The translations under genes were made by a program, and so were the position numbers. A stretch of DNA of 64,000 bases from Octopus sinensis (lineage: Eukaryota), in NCBI RefSeq assembly GCF_006345805.1, contig NC_043018.1:24366001-24430000 (forward strand), written 5' to 3'. The notes under the pieces were generated by a model. That model was not told the origin of the DNA and did not search any database. It worked only from the letters and a program-made list of their open reading frames with translations. Shown one piece after another: positions 28,014 to 39,602 of this stretch; within the stretch, counting starts at the first letter, position 1; each line of letters begins with the position of its first letter.

Positions 28014-28357
28014 ACTGCAGCTTTAAGAACTATAAATTCTGTGCTGCACAGAATTTTTTCAGTGAACAGGTCGCGGTCTCAAAGCGCCGAAAATATTTTG
28101 ACAAATTAAATTTAAATGTCGAAGTGAATCTAACGGTTTTTGTGTTTCTTAAATGGCTTATAAACACCTTCCACGCTGCAATTGTTTTCGTTCCCACACA
28201 CAATCTCAGATCAGATCACTTGATATGCAAGTACATCTCCATAATATATATATATATATATATTTAATGTAGGATAAAATTTTTTTCGAAAAAATATTTT
28301 ATCAATGGCCAGCATATTAAAAAATACTTTTATAGGTTAAAATTATAAACAACTTAT

Positions 28358-28393
<36 letters not shown>

Positions 28394-28679
28394 GTGGTGT
28401 GTGTATATATCTTTAAATAGAACACCCAAGTCTGAAATCTATTTAGAATACCACATGTCTATAATGAATGTAGAATAATTCAAAGGAAAAGTGTTCTATA
28501 TATAACCACTCCCAAACGGTCCAATAAAATTTGTCAATGTCAAGAAAGACTCGTGGTGGTGGTGGTGGTGCTGTGAATAGCAACTCATTGTTATACAACA
28601 TGATTTACTACTAACACTACCAAGCCTGATTCAAACTAATAACGGAGAGAATTACTACTCCTTGAATAACGACATATTT

Positions 28680-28760
28680 ATTCACCCTGAAGAGATCGTA
28701 CAAATTATGCATAAATCCCTGCATATAAATATGCAGCAATCGAAACACGTGTCGGACAAT
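28680..28760 (+). ncRNA. Minimal type-I hammerhead ribozyme motif H3
   Basis: attcacc-CTGAAGA(28687-93)-gatcg...caatc-GAAA(28742-45)-cacgt-GTC(28751-53)-ggacaat. Palindromic stem III ACACGTGT; stem I 2+3 bp with an internal loop; one mismatch in stem II. Confidence 0.7.
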
Positions 28761-28938
28761 TATTATGAATAGACCAAGCAGAAAGTGTGAATGTTCAAAT
28801 TCTTTGCTTTCCTTATTATTAGTATTGTGATACTTTGGGAAATAGAACTTAAATTGAACCATCGGAAAAAACTGGCCTTGGCCCTTTACATAGAGTAATG
28901 CGTTATCTGCCAGGATATTTATATCCCTCCTCTTACTG

Positions 28939-29006
<68 letters not shown>

Positions 29007-29421
29007 TAGGAAGGGCATCCAGCTGTATAAAAACTGCCAGACTGGAGCCTGGTGCAACCTCCTGGCTTCCCAGACCCATGCTAGCACGGAAAACAGATGT
29101 TAAACGATGATGATGATATACATACATACATATATATATATACATATATACATATACATATATTTTTTTTTGATTTTGATTTTCCAGTTTCAGCTAATGA
29201 GCTGTGGCCATGCTGGGGCACCGCCATATATATATTTCATTAAGAAAATTGAGACATAATTAATAAATTATTTATTAATTAAAAAATTGACAACATCACT
29301 TACAGCTGTTTCAATTCTAGACCTTCAGAAAATTAATTAATGAAATTTAAAATTATTTGAAAGTCAAATCGCATCAGAGGTAGTTTGAGATATACAAAAT
29401 ACATTTTCAATTCCTGCATAC

Positions 29422-29471
<50 letters not shown>

Positions 29472-29984
29472 TAGATAGATAGATAGATATTAATGTTTGT
29501 CTATATATTCAGCTATTATAAAAACAATTTTACATTAATCTGATAGGCTACTCTATGCGTTTGAGGTGTACAAATTTATTATTCTTAAATGAGAATGTTT
29601 TTGACAGTAGTTTCAAAGTTTCTGCCACTCCACAGACACGTGTACCCTTAATATAGTTCTCACAGAGATTCAGCATGACACAGAGTGTGACAAGGCTGGC
29701 CCTTTGAAATACAGGTTCAACAGGAACAGGAAGAAAGAGTGAGAGAAAGTTGTGGTGAAAGAGAACAGCAGGGTTCACCACCACCCCCTGCCGGAGTCTC
29801 ATGGAGCTTTAGATGTTTTTGCTCAATAAACACTCACAATGCCCGGTCTGGGAATCTAAACCACGATCCTGTGACTATGAGTCTGCTGCCCTAACCACTG
29901 GGCCATTGTACCGCCATGTATATAATATATAACCGTCCAACCCATGCTAGCATGGAGAACGGACGTTAAACGATGATGATGATG

Positions 29985-30016
<32 letters not shown>

Positions 30017-31408
30017 CAAAATAAGAAAATGGAGAAATACATCTAAATCAAATATCAATTACCAGATGTATTTCTCCATTTTCTTATTTTGTATTAGTAA
30101 TTTGTGGTAAAACATTTTACCTTTGCCCATATAATACAGTAAATGAATTGATTGCATCGCAATCCTTAACATTTATGTATTAACCTTGTTGGGTACTTCA
30201 CTAGCAGTATATTGGATAAATGTTATCCCATGGAGGGTTGCATTTACAACCCCTATCTCAATTTGTATATATATATATAAAATTTAATAAGGGTAGAAAT
30301 TGATATTAATCAATTAAAACCAGTGGCACAGCATATTAAAAAAATCCGAAGATTAAAATATTTTTACATACAAAATTTGACCGTCCACTTTTAGTGGTCA
30401 GTCCTTTAAATTTTATATATATATATATAAAATTTAAAGGACTGACCACTAAAAGTGGACGGTCAAAATTTGTATGTAAAAATATTTTAATCTTATATAT
30501 ATACATATATACATACATACACACACACATACATATATACATACATACACACACACATACATATGTACATACATACATACACACACACACATACATGCAT
30601 ATATACACACTATATAGCTGTGTGGTTGCAGGTACAGACATGGCAATGTGGTTTAGAAGCTTGCTTTGCAATCACTTGGTTTCAGGTTATGTCCCACTCC
30701 ATGCCACCTTTGCCATCATTATATACATACATTCACACACTCAACATTATTCTCCCAGGACACATACTACACCCCCCCCTCCCCAGTATGTCTTGCACCT
30801 GGACCTGCCTTGACATGTCAAGAATGCTGTGTATGTAAATATTCATTCCAGATTTTGCTGCAGACAGTATAAATAATGATTTTTTTTTTTGCATTAACAT
30901 AGTGGGTGCCCTACATCTTTCTCTGGTCTCAGTGTGTGTGTGTGTGTGTATTGGTTGAAGGTACCCTGTGGTCTGTTAGAAGGTTCGTTACAGATTTCTT
31001 CCCTGTCATATCCAGACAAGCTGTTACCACTAGCATCAATGTTAACATTGGACTCAGTAAAACACTAAATTAGTGCTTGTTAAGATCAGCTGTACTGTTC
31101 CATGAGGGATATGAAAAATTTTTTGTTGGTGCTGAGGACAATACATGTGGTAGGGGGGGGGGGAGCAATAGATACATTTGTATGAAAATTATTGAACACA
31201 CCACAAAAGAATCAGAATTAATTCAATTATAGGCATAGGAGTGGCTGTGTGATAAGTAGCTTGCTTACGAACCACATAGTTCCAGGTTGAGTCCCACTAA
31301 CGTGGGACCTTGGCAAGTGTCTTCTACTATAGCCTCAGGCTGACCAAAGCCTTGTGAGTGGATTTGGTAGAAAGAAACTGAAAGAAGCCTATTGTATATA
31401 TATATATA

Positions 31409-31453
<45 letters not shown>

Positions 31454-31496
31454 ATATATATATACGCGGGAAGAAGCAACAAGAATGGATAGGTTT

Positions 31497-31580
31497 TTAG
31501 TACAATCGTTTCATACAAGACAGGCTTTATTAAAAGTTGTAAAAATTACAGCATATAAACGTGTCCCGTACTCATCAGCT

Positions 31581-31582
<2 letters not shown>
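31497..31582 (-). ncRNA. Minimal type-I hammerhead ribozyme motif H4 (diverged paralogue of H2)
   Basis: Minus strand reads ttag-CTGATGA-gtacg...tgtat-GAAA-cgatt-GTA-ctaa. Aligns colinearly with H2, including loop II and about 30 nt downstream. Confidence 0.75.
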
Positions 31583-31641
<59 letters not shown>

Positions 31642-31785
31642 ATATATAGGTGTAGGAGTGGCTGTGTGATAAGTAGCTTGCTTACGAACCATATGGTCCT
31701 GGGTTCAGTCCCACTGTGTGGCACCTTGGGCAAGTGTCTTCTACTATAGCCTCGGGCCAAGCAAAGCCTTGTGAGTGGATTTGGT

Positions 31786-31825
<40 letters not shown>

Positions 31826-31831
31826 TATGTG

Positions 31832-31884
<53 letters not shown>

Positions 31885-32040
31885 TATATAGATATATATA
31901 GATATATATATTATACTAACATATACATATATCATATGTATGTATTGTGTGTCTGCGTTTGTCCCCACACCATCACTTGATAACAAATGTTTGTGTGTTT
32001 ATGTCCCTGTAGCTTAGCGGTTCGGCAACAGGGACCGATA

Positions 32041-32140
32041 NNNNNNNNNNNNNNNNNNNNNNNNNNNNNNNNNNNNNNNNNNNNNNNNNNNNNNNNNNNN
32101 NNNNNNNNNNNNNNNNNNNNNNNNNNNNNNNNNNNNNNNN
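32041..32140. other. Assembly gap (100 N)
   Basis: Run of exactly 100 N, a typical placeholder size. Both flanks are SINE fragments, so true distance and orientation across the gap are uncertain. Confidence 0.99.
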
Positions 32141-33692
32141 TCTCATTCTCTATGTGTATCTTTTTCTCTTACCTTTTATCTGTTTCAGTTATTAGACTGC
32201 GGTCATGCTGGGGCACAGCCTTGAAGAATGACTCAACCCCAGTACATATTTTTTGAGGCCGGGTACTTATTGTATCAGTCTCTCTTTTTGCCGAACCGCT
32301 AGGTCATGGAGGACTTAAACAAATGAACACCACTTATCAAGGGAGAAATACACACACACATACATCGGGCTTCTTTTCAGTTTCCGTCTACCAAATCCCC
32401 TCTTAAGGCTTTGGTCATCCCGAAGCTGTAGTAGAAAACACCTGCCCAAGGTGCCACGCTGTGGGATTGAACCCTCAACCAGCTTCTTACCGCACAACCA
32501 CGCCTGCGCCTGTTATGGGTATATTTCTGTACGTGTGTGTGTGCGCGCGCGTGTTTGCGTCCAGTACCAGAGAGTACTGTCGCTAAAAAGGACAACAGAC
32601 AGAGTGTCTTAAACGTACGCCCAAGACCAAAGATGGCTGTACTGTTTGGTGCACCGTATCTCGCGGACATTTATTTTGTTACACAACTACAGGCGCAGGA
32701 GTGGCTGTGTGATAAGAAGTTTGCTTCTCACCCATATGGTCTCGGGTTCAGTCTCACTACATGGCACCTTGGGCAAGTCTCTTCTATAGTCCCGGCTTGA
32801 CCAAAATCTTGCGAGTGGATTTGGTTGACGGAAACTGAAAGAAGCCCCTCACATTCATCCATCTTCGTTGGCTGCTATTTCTAGCATATCGAGTAATCAC
32901 ATCGGGTGACCTCTTGCGAACGCCCTCGTCGGCTGCTATTCATAGTACACCGATTGACCACATCATTTCCCCCATCCCTCCTCCATTCATCTTTCTTTCC
33001 ACACACACTACTGAGACAAGGAACCGGTTCTCGTATTCCGCTAAATGACATTCTGTATCACTTTTTGCCTGGCAGAAACGTTAGCACGCCGGGCGATATG
33101 CGTAGCCGTATTTCGTCTGCCATTACGTTCTGAGTTCAAATTCCGCCGAGGTCGACTTTGCCTTTCATCTTTCGGGGTCGATAAATTAAGTACCAGTTAC
33201 GCACTGGGTCGATGTAATCGACTTAATCCGTTTGTCTGTCCTTGTTTGTCCTCTCTGTGTTTAGCCCCTTGTGGGTAGTAAAGAAATAGATATTTCGTCT
33301 GCCGTTACGTTCTGAGTTCAAATTCCGCCGAGGTCGACTTTGCCTTTCATCCTTTCGGGGTCGATTAAATAAGTACCAGTTTCGCACTGGAGTCGATATA
33401 ATCGACTTAATCCGTTTGTCTGTCCTTGTTTGTCCTCTCTGTGTTTAGCCCCTTGTGGGTAGTAAAGAAATAGGTATTTCGTCTGCCGCTACGTTCTGAG
33501 TTCAAATTCCGGCGAGGTCGACTTTGCCTGTCATCCTTTCGGGGTCGATAAATTAAGTACCAGTTGTGTACTGAGGTCGATCTAATCGACTGGCACCCTT
33601 CCCCAAAATTTCGGGCCTTGTGCCTAGAAAAGAAAAGGATGTCACCCTATAGAATGACATCAACATAGCAACGTAGCAAGAGAAAGTGAAAA

Positions 33693-33750
<58 letters not shown>

Positions 33751-33779
33751 TTGTTGTTGCAAGGAACAGAAAAAGTACA

Positions 33780-34215
33780 AGAAAAGAATTTCGAAAATGT
33801 TGAGTTTTTCGGATACGAAAGCTGCGGCTATAAAATAGTTGTCTGTCTTTTAATGTAGTCGTTAGAAACCAGCTGAAGTGTTTCTTGTTTCCCAGCCATT
33901 AGTTTAATTCATTGCGACCGCATAGCAGCAACACGCACACTTGTTATACAGAGTTCAGAAGTTTCCCATAATTCTTAAACTTCATCATATAACCACATTA
34001 TTCGTAGTTGTTTATCAATTGAGCTATTTTTTTGTTGTTTTTCTTGTTTAATTGTAAAAAAAAAGCCCCGAAAAATGAACGAATGAGGCGGTTTTCAAAA
34101 CAAACCAACATGAGGAGGAGGTAGAACTAGTCAAAGTTATCTCGTTCTTTTCGAAATTTCTTTTATTTAATAGCTTTATTTATATATATATATTTATTTC
34201 ACTTCTCCATGAACC
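33780..34215 (+). promoter_or_regulatory. Likely POMT1 promoter / 5' UTR region
   Basis: Unique sequence immediately upstream of the predicted ATG, visibly richer in CpG than the gene-body introns. No transcription start site can be placed from sequence alone. Confidence 0.4.
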
Positions 34216-34308
34216 ATGTCTGCGACTGTGGAGGGAAATACAGAACGATACGAACAGTTACAAAACATAAAAGCCAAGTCTTGTGCCTTACCCAAAGAAC
34301 GTGACCAG
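34216..34308 (+). CDS. POMT1: POMT1 coding exon 1 ([31 protein letters not shown])
   Basis: ATG with A at -3 and an in-frame TGA 6 nt upstream. 93 nt, ends CAG|gtaatg in phase 0, matching the phase-0 start of exon 2. Assigned by phase and position, not by recognisable homology. Confidence 0.7.
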
Positions 34309-37300
34309 GTAATGTAACTATTAATGTTATTTTGCTCCGAGGCAACCCTCACTGAGTAAACGGTTGACCAACGTTTTCCAAGTCCTGACCTCTCTAACTG
34401 CCCCCCTCCACACACAATGTATTTACGGTTACATCATCCAGCGGCTTGGCTGCTATTTCATGCAGGTCAAGCGAGCACGTAGCTCTCTTTGTAAGACGGT
34501 AGTATGCGGCTCAAAGGAGGAGATTTGGCCGCTATCTGTTGCATGTATCACAAGTACATAGGTGGTCTCTTTTTAATATGACTAGTTGTATTTTGAGGGA
34601 GATTTGGCTACTATTTCTTGCAATACCATGGACACATAGTTCTCTTTTTAACACGGCTGGGTGGGTTTTGCAGCAGATTTGGCTGCTATTTCTAACAATT
34701 ACTACGAAGACCTGAAATTCTCTTTTCAACATGGTTGGATGGGTTTTGAGGGAGATTTGGCTACTATTTTTTGCAGACACCACGAGCACGTAGACATTTT
34801 TTTTCTAACATGGTTGGATATGGGTGTGTTTTGAAGCAGATATTTGGCTTCTATTTCTAGCAAATCGGACGAACACATAAAGTTTTCAAAAAATATGGCT
34901 GGATGTGTTTTGCAGGAAATTTGGCTGCTGTTTCTTGTAGGTCGAACGACTTCGTAGGAGTTCTCTCGTTTCGCGAATTAACTAGGAATCTCACCCACGA
35001 TCGCAAATGGTATAAAGGTAACCATACATTTGTAGGAGCTGGTGTATAGTCAGTTGAAGTGTTCCCTTGAAAAAAACTGGTACTTCGTATACAAGTAAAA
35101 TTGGCATTCTTTCGTAAGAATGCCGCAAAAATTAAGTTTGGCCTTATTAAAAGAAGATGCTGACGTTTTTCAAAGTGTCACTTTGGGGGGGGGGGGGACA
35201 AATGATTTGGGATGTCAACGGAATTTTCAGAGAATTTTTGCGAATTTGTGTTCTACACACAGGAATTCATATTATTATGCAAAATTTCCCAGAAAATTTT
35301 TTGTATGTGATTTAAGGGCGATTTAGTTGTTATTTTTAGCACATCTCACGACCACCTGATTTCTTCCTCGTCTTTTGTCACTCTGACATGTATTGATATT
35401 TTTCAATATTTTTTTTTTTCACTATAAACACATTTAATTGGAAAAAGTGGAAATTTTAGAATATGGGGTGCTGGGTGTAAAAAAATTAAAAAAATTTTTT
35501 TTTTTTTCATAATCTTATGAATTCCTATGTATAGAACATAAATTCTCAAAAATTTTTTGAGAATTCCAAAAAATAAAACTGTTACAATGGGTTGTGGGGT
35601 GTAAACCAGAATTCTGCTGGCAGTCTTTTCTAAAAGAAAGCCAGCACAAGACTTCAACATGCCTATGAAGCTTTTCAGGGTCTCTGAGACTTGTGGTGGC
35701 TGTGCAGGTAGCACACAAAAAAAAAAAAACCCTGCCTAATCTTTGTAAAGTGGTTAGCATTAAGAAAGGCATCCAGCTATAAAAACCATGCCAAAGCAGA
35801 CTCTGGGGTTTGATGCAGTCCTTGGATAGATCGGATCCTGTTGAACTGTCCAACCTGTGCCAGCATGGAACATGGATGTTAGATGATGTTGATGATATAC
35901 ACATAAATACACACAAGTTAAAGTCTACTGGATTGATAAGGGGTTAAAATATGAGAGAAGTGTGCAGAGCAGTTTCTTGTTTAAGAGATGGTAAAAATGG
36001 TCAGCAGGATCTGCAAAAAAATTATCCTTATGAACCTTACTCAGCTATTTCTATTTCCTAGTCTAGGAGCCTCTGAGAAAACAATGGGCAATGGCTCTTT
36101 ATTTTATAGTGTACAAGAGTCAATGATTGAATGTCTAAGCAATTACATGGCCTACTAGAAATAGTAGTTAAATTTTCCTCAAATAACATCCTACCTTAAA
36201 AGAAATGGACGCATTGGATACTGTAGTCTTAGGTACACTATACCTGTAAAAAAAGAAAAGAGATGGTTATATGCAAGGTAAACAAAAACAACAACAAAAC
36301 GGAAAAAATCCTGTTTTTTTAATAAGTTATGAGTATAACCATCAAGGTTTTATCATGGGAATAACCTCATTTATTAACTTGCATAATTAATAAGGTTCTG
36401 AGTTTCATTGTTAAAAAAAAAAACACTTTCTCAGGTACACTTAGACACTTTTGTTGTAAATCCAGAATCAGTTGCTAGGCTATAGCTGTCAGAACTGTTT
36501 CTTTTCACTCGTATAATAGACACAAGTTGTACTGGGAACAGCTGTCATTTACATAATTAAATCATTCCTCTTAGTGTGTTCCTACTGAAGTCTAAGTGTT
36601 AGGCCTGACATTCCACCTTGTTTGACAATATCTGAACCGTTTGGGTATCTCTAGTGTGAATGGTAGTCCTAAAGCACTACTCTGGTTTAACACTGCCACT
36701 TACTACCATCCGTCCCTATAGAATGCAAGGTAGCTATGTATCACTTCTACAGCAGCACACCTGGGCTGTTGCCTGTTGCACTTTTTAGCCCCTCAACACC
36801 TGGCCATACAATCACCTCTCAATATCCCTATATCCCTTTAAGTCAAAGGAAGTTTTCCTTTTGCATTTTTTAATCTTTTTCTTTCTACAGTATTTCCTTG
36901 TCATGCAAGTTACCTGGTGACCTCACCTGTGTTGGTAGCACAAAAAGTTACCCAGTAGACATTGTAAAGTGGTTGGCATGAGTGAAGGGCATCCAGCCAT
37001 AGAAACCATTCCAAAGACGACAGAGGTGGCTGAGGACTGATCCTTGGTGAACCCCTACTTCTATGTGGAACTCTACACTGTATGCGTTGACAATCCTCAC
37101 CTTACTGACAGCATCCTTGTACAGGTCCTATGCATCTCTTACCAACCACTCATCTATCCCTAGTTTCTGTATCGCTCACCAGATAATGGATTGGGGGACC
37201 TTGTCAAAGGCTTTCTCCAAGTCAACAAAAACCAAGTACAGAGGGTCCCACTGTGTGGAACCTTGAGCAAGTGTCTTCTACTATAGCCTCAGACTGACCA

Positions 37301-38912
37301 AAACCTTGTGAGTGGATTTGGTAGACAGAAATAGCCCCTTGTGGGCAGTAAAGAAATAATTATCTCTCAGTATTAATACTGCCTTTGTTGCTAACAAATA
37401 TATTTTTTTAACAAGCTCACTAGCTAATTGCCACTCTAGCGCCTGTTCTGGCACTGTTAATCTATATATTGTTGGCAGGGAGATGAATCACTGCTGTCTC
37501 TAGCAGTCAAGTGTCCACCATTGACAAGACCAAGGAAGGTTGAAATCATGTAGTCTCAGTGCTGGAGGTGACAGGACTTATCTCCCCACTAGCAATATAA
37601 ACAAGTGTGCATTTTGCACCAAAAGCCAATATGAAGGTTTCTCTTGTGGTAATTATCGTAGTATGGTCTGTTTTAACAGAACATCCACGTTTAAGTAGGG
37701 ATAAATATTACTCTTTGATATTAATACTGTCTTATCATCATCATTGTTTTGTTGCTAATATATATATATTTTACAATAATTATAATTTGGTGAGCTGGAC
37801 AAAATGCCTTGTGGTAGTTCTTCAAGGTTTAATGCCCTGAGTTCAGCTTTGCCTTTCATCCTTTCAGGATTGATAAAATAAATACCAGCTGAGCACTGGG
37901 GTCAATATAATAAACTTGCTCCCTTCCCTGCAAACTTCGACCCCTGTGCCTCTACGAAAGAGAAAAAGTAATTTAGTGCTTATACAAAATAAAAGCTAAG
38001 AGCGAAAAAGTAATTTAGTGCTTATACAAAATAAAAGCTAAGAGAGAAAAAGTAATTTAGTGCTTATACAAAATAAAAGCTAAGTTTCCAAAGAAAAATA
38101 TTTATTGCTTTGTCATTTGTATAACTCCTCTCATAAAAGCTGCCATTTTCTCCCTCTCCTCCCTCTCCTCCTGCCACCAAGACTGGTATGTGTACTCATC
38201 CTGCACCTCTTATTTTAACTCTCACTGTCTCTTTTACTCTTTCTCCCTCTCTCACTATACAATATAAAGTAGCTCTGGAGAAATGGACCAACCAACCAGC
38301 TGTTTGTTATGTAGATATTTAAAACTGATCAATACACATTTTAATTGATCACCAGCATGGAAGGAAGTCTGAGTTTTCCTTTTTTTTTTTTTTTACCTGC
38401 TCATTTAGGGTGATGGAGCTCCTGAGGGAAAGTCTACAAAGAAAGAACAGAAACCATTCTCTGTCAAGTTGGAACTAGATTTGGTCCAGATTTTCTTATT
38501 CATTGGTGCTTGGGCTACAAGAACATGGCAGATTGGACTTCCTCGTGCTGTTGTGTGAGTACCTTGTGAAATTCATGTCTCTCTCTCTCTTGCATCTTTT
38601 CCTCTCTCCCAGTGGGTAAAGGAATATTTAGATTGACAGGTAGGTTTGGTGATACAAACAAGAAAATAGAACCCAAAACATGAGTGTATGTACTCTTTTA
38701 CTTGTTTCAGTCATTTGACTGCGGCCATGCTGGAGCACCGCCTTTAGTCGAGCAAATCGACCCCGGGACTTATTCTTTGTAAGCCCAGTACTTATTCTAT
38801 CGGTCTCTTTTGCTGAACCGCTAAGTGACAGGGACGTAAACACACCAGCATCGGTTGTCAAACAATGCTAGGGGACAAACACAGACACAAACACACACAC
38901 GCATATATATAT

Positions 38913-38946
<34 letters not shown>

Positions 38947-39491
38947 CATACACAACAGGCTTCTTTCAGTTTCCGTCTACTAAATCCACTCACAGGCATT
39001 GGTCGGCCAGGGGCTATAGCAGAAGACACTTGCCCAAGATGCCATGCAGTGGGACTGAACCCGGAACCATGTGGTTGGTTAGCAAGCTACTTACCACACA
39101 GCCACTCCTGCGCCTATGTGCGTATATGTATCATCACCATCATCCTTTAAGGTCCATTTTCCATGCTGGCATGGGTTGGACGGTTTGATGGTTTGGTCAG
39201 AGCTTGGAAGCTGGAGAGCTGCATCCAGTTTCAATCTGATTTGGTCTCTACAGCTGGATGCCCTTCCTAACACCAACCACTTTACAGTGTATGCTGGGAT
39301 GCTTTTAACGTGGCACTGGCACATGTCTCTAGCAGGCCAATCCTCTTCACAAGCAAGAGTCGTGTGCTGGTTCCACATAAACAGTACTCTTTCTAGTTCC
39401 ACATAAAAGTGCTTGAGCTGTGGCATGTCAAAAAGACCCAGCACACACTGTAACGTGGTTGTATGTATGTATGTATGTGTGTGTGTGTATG

Positions 39492-39540
<49 letters not shown>

Positions 39541-39569
39541 CACACATACAGTGTGTGTGTGTGTGTATG

Positions 39570-39602
<33 letters not shown>

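Noticed and set aside
34445-34960. CRISPR-like appearance of the ~76-bp array
   Set aside because: Eukaryotic intron, degenerate repeats, alignable 'spacers' and no cas genes. Kept only as a tandem repeat.
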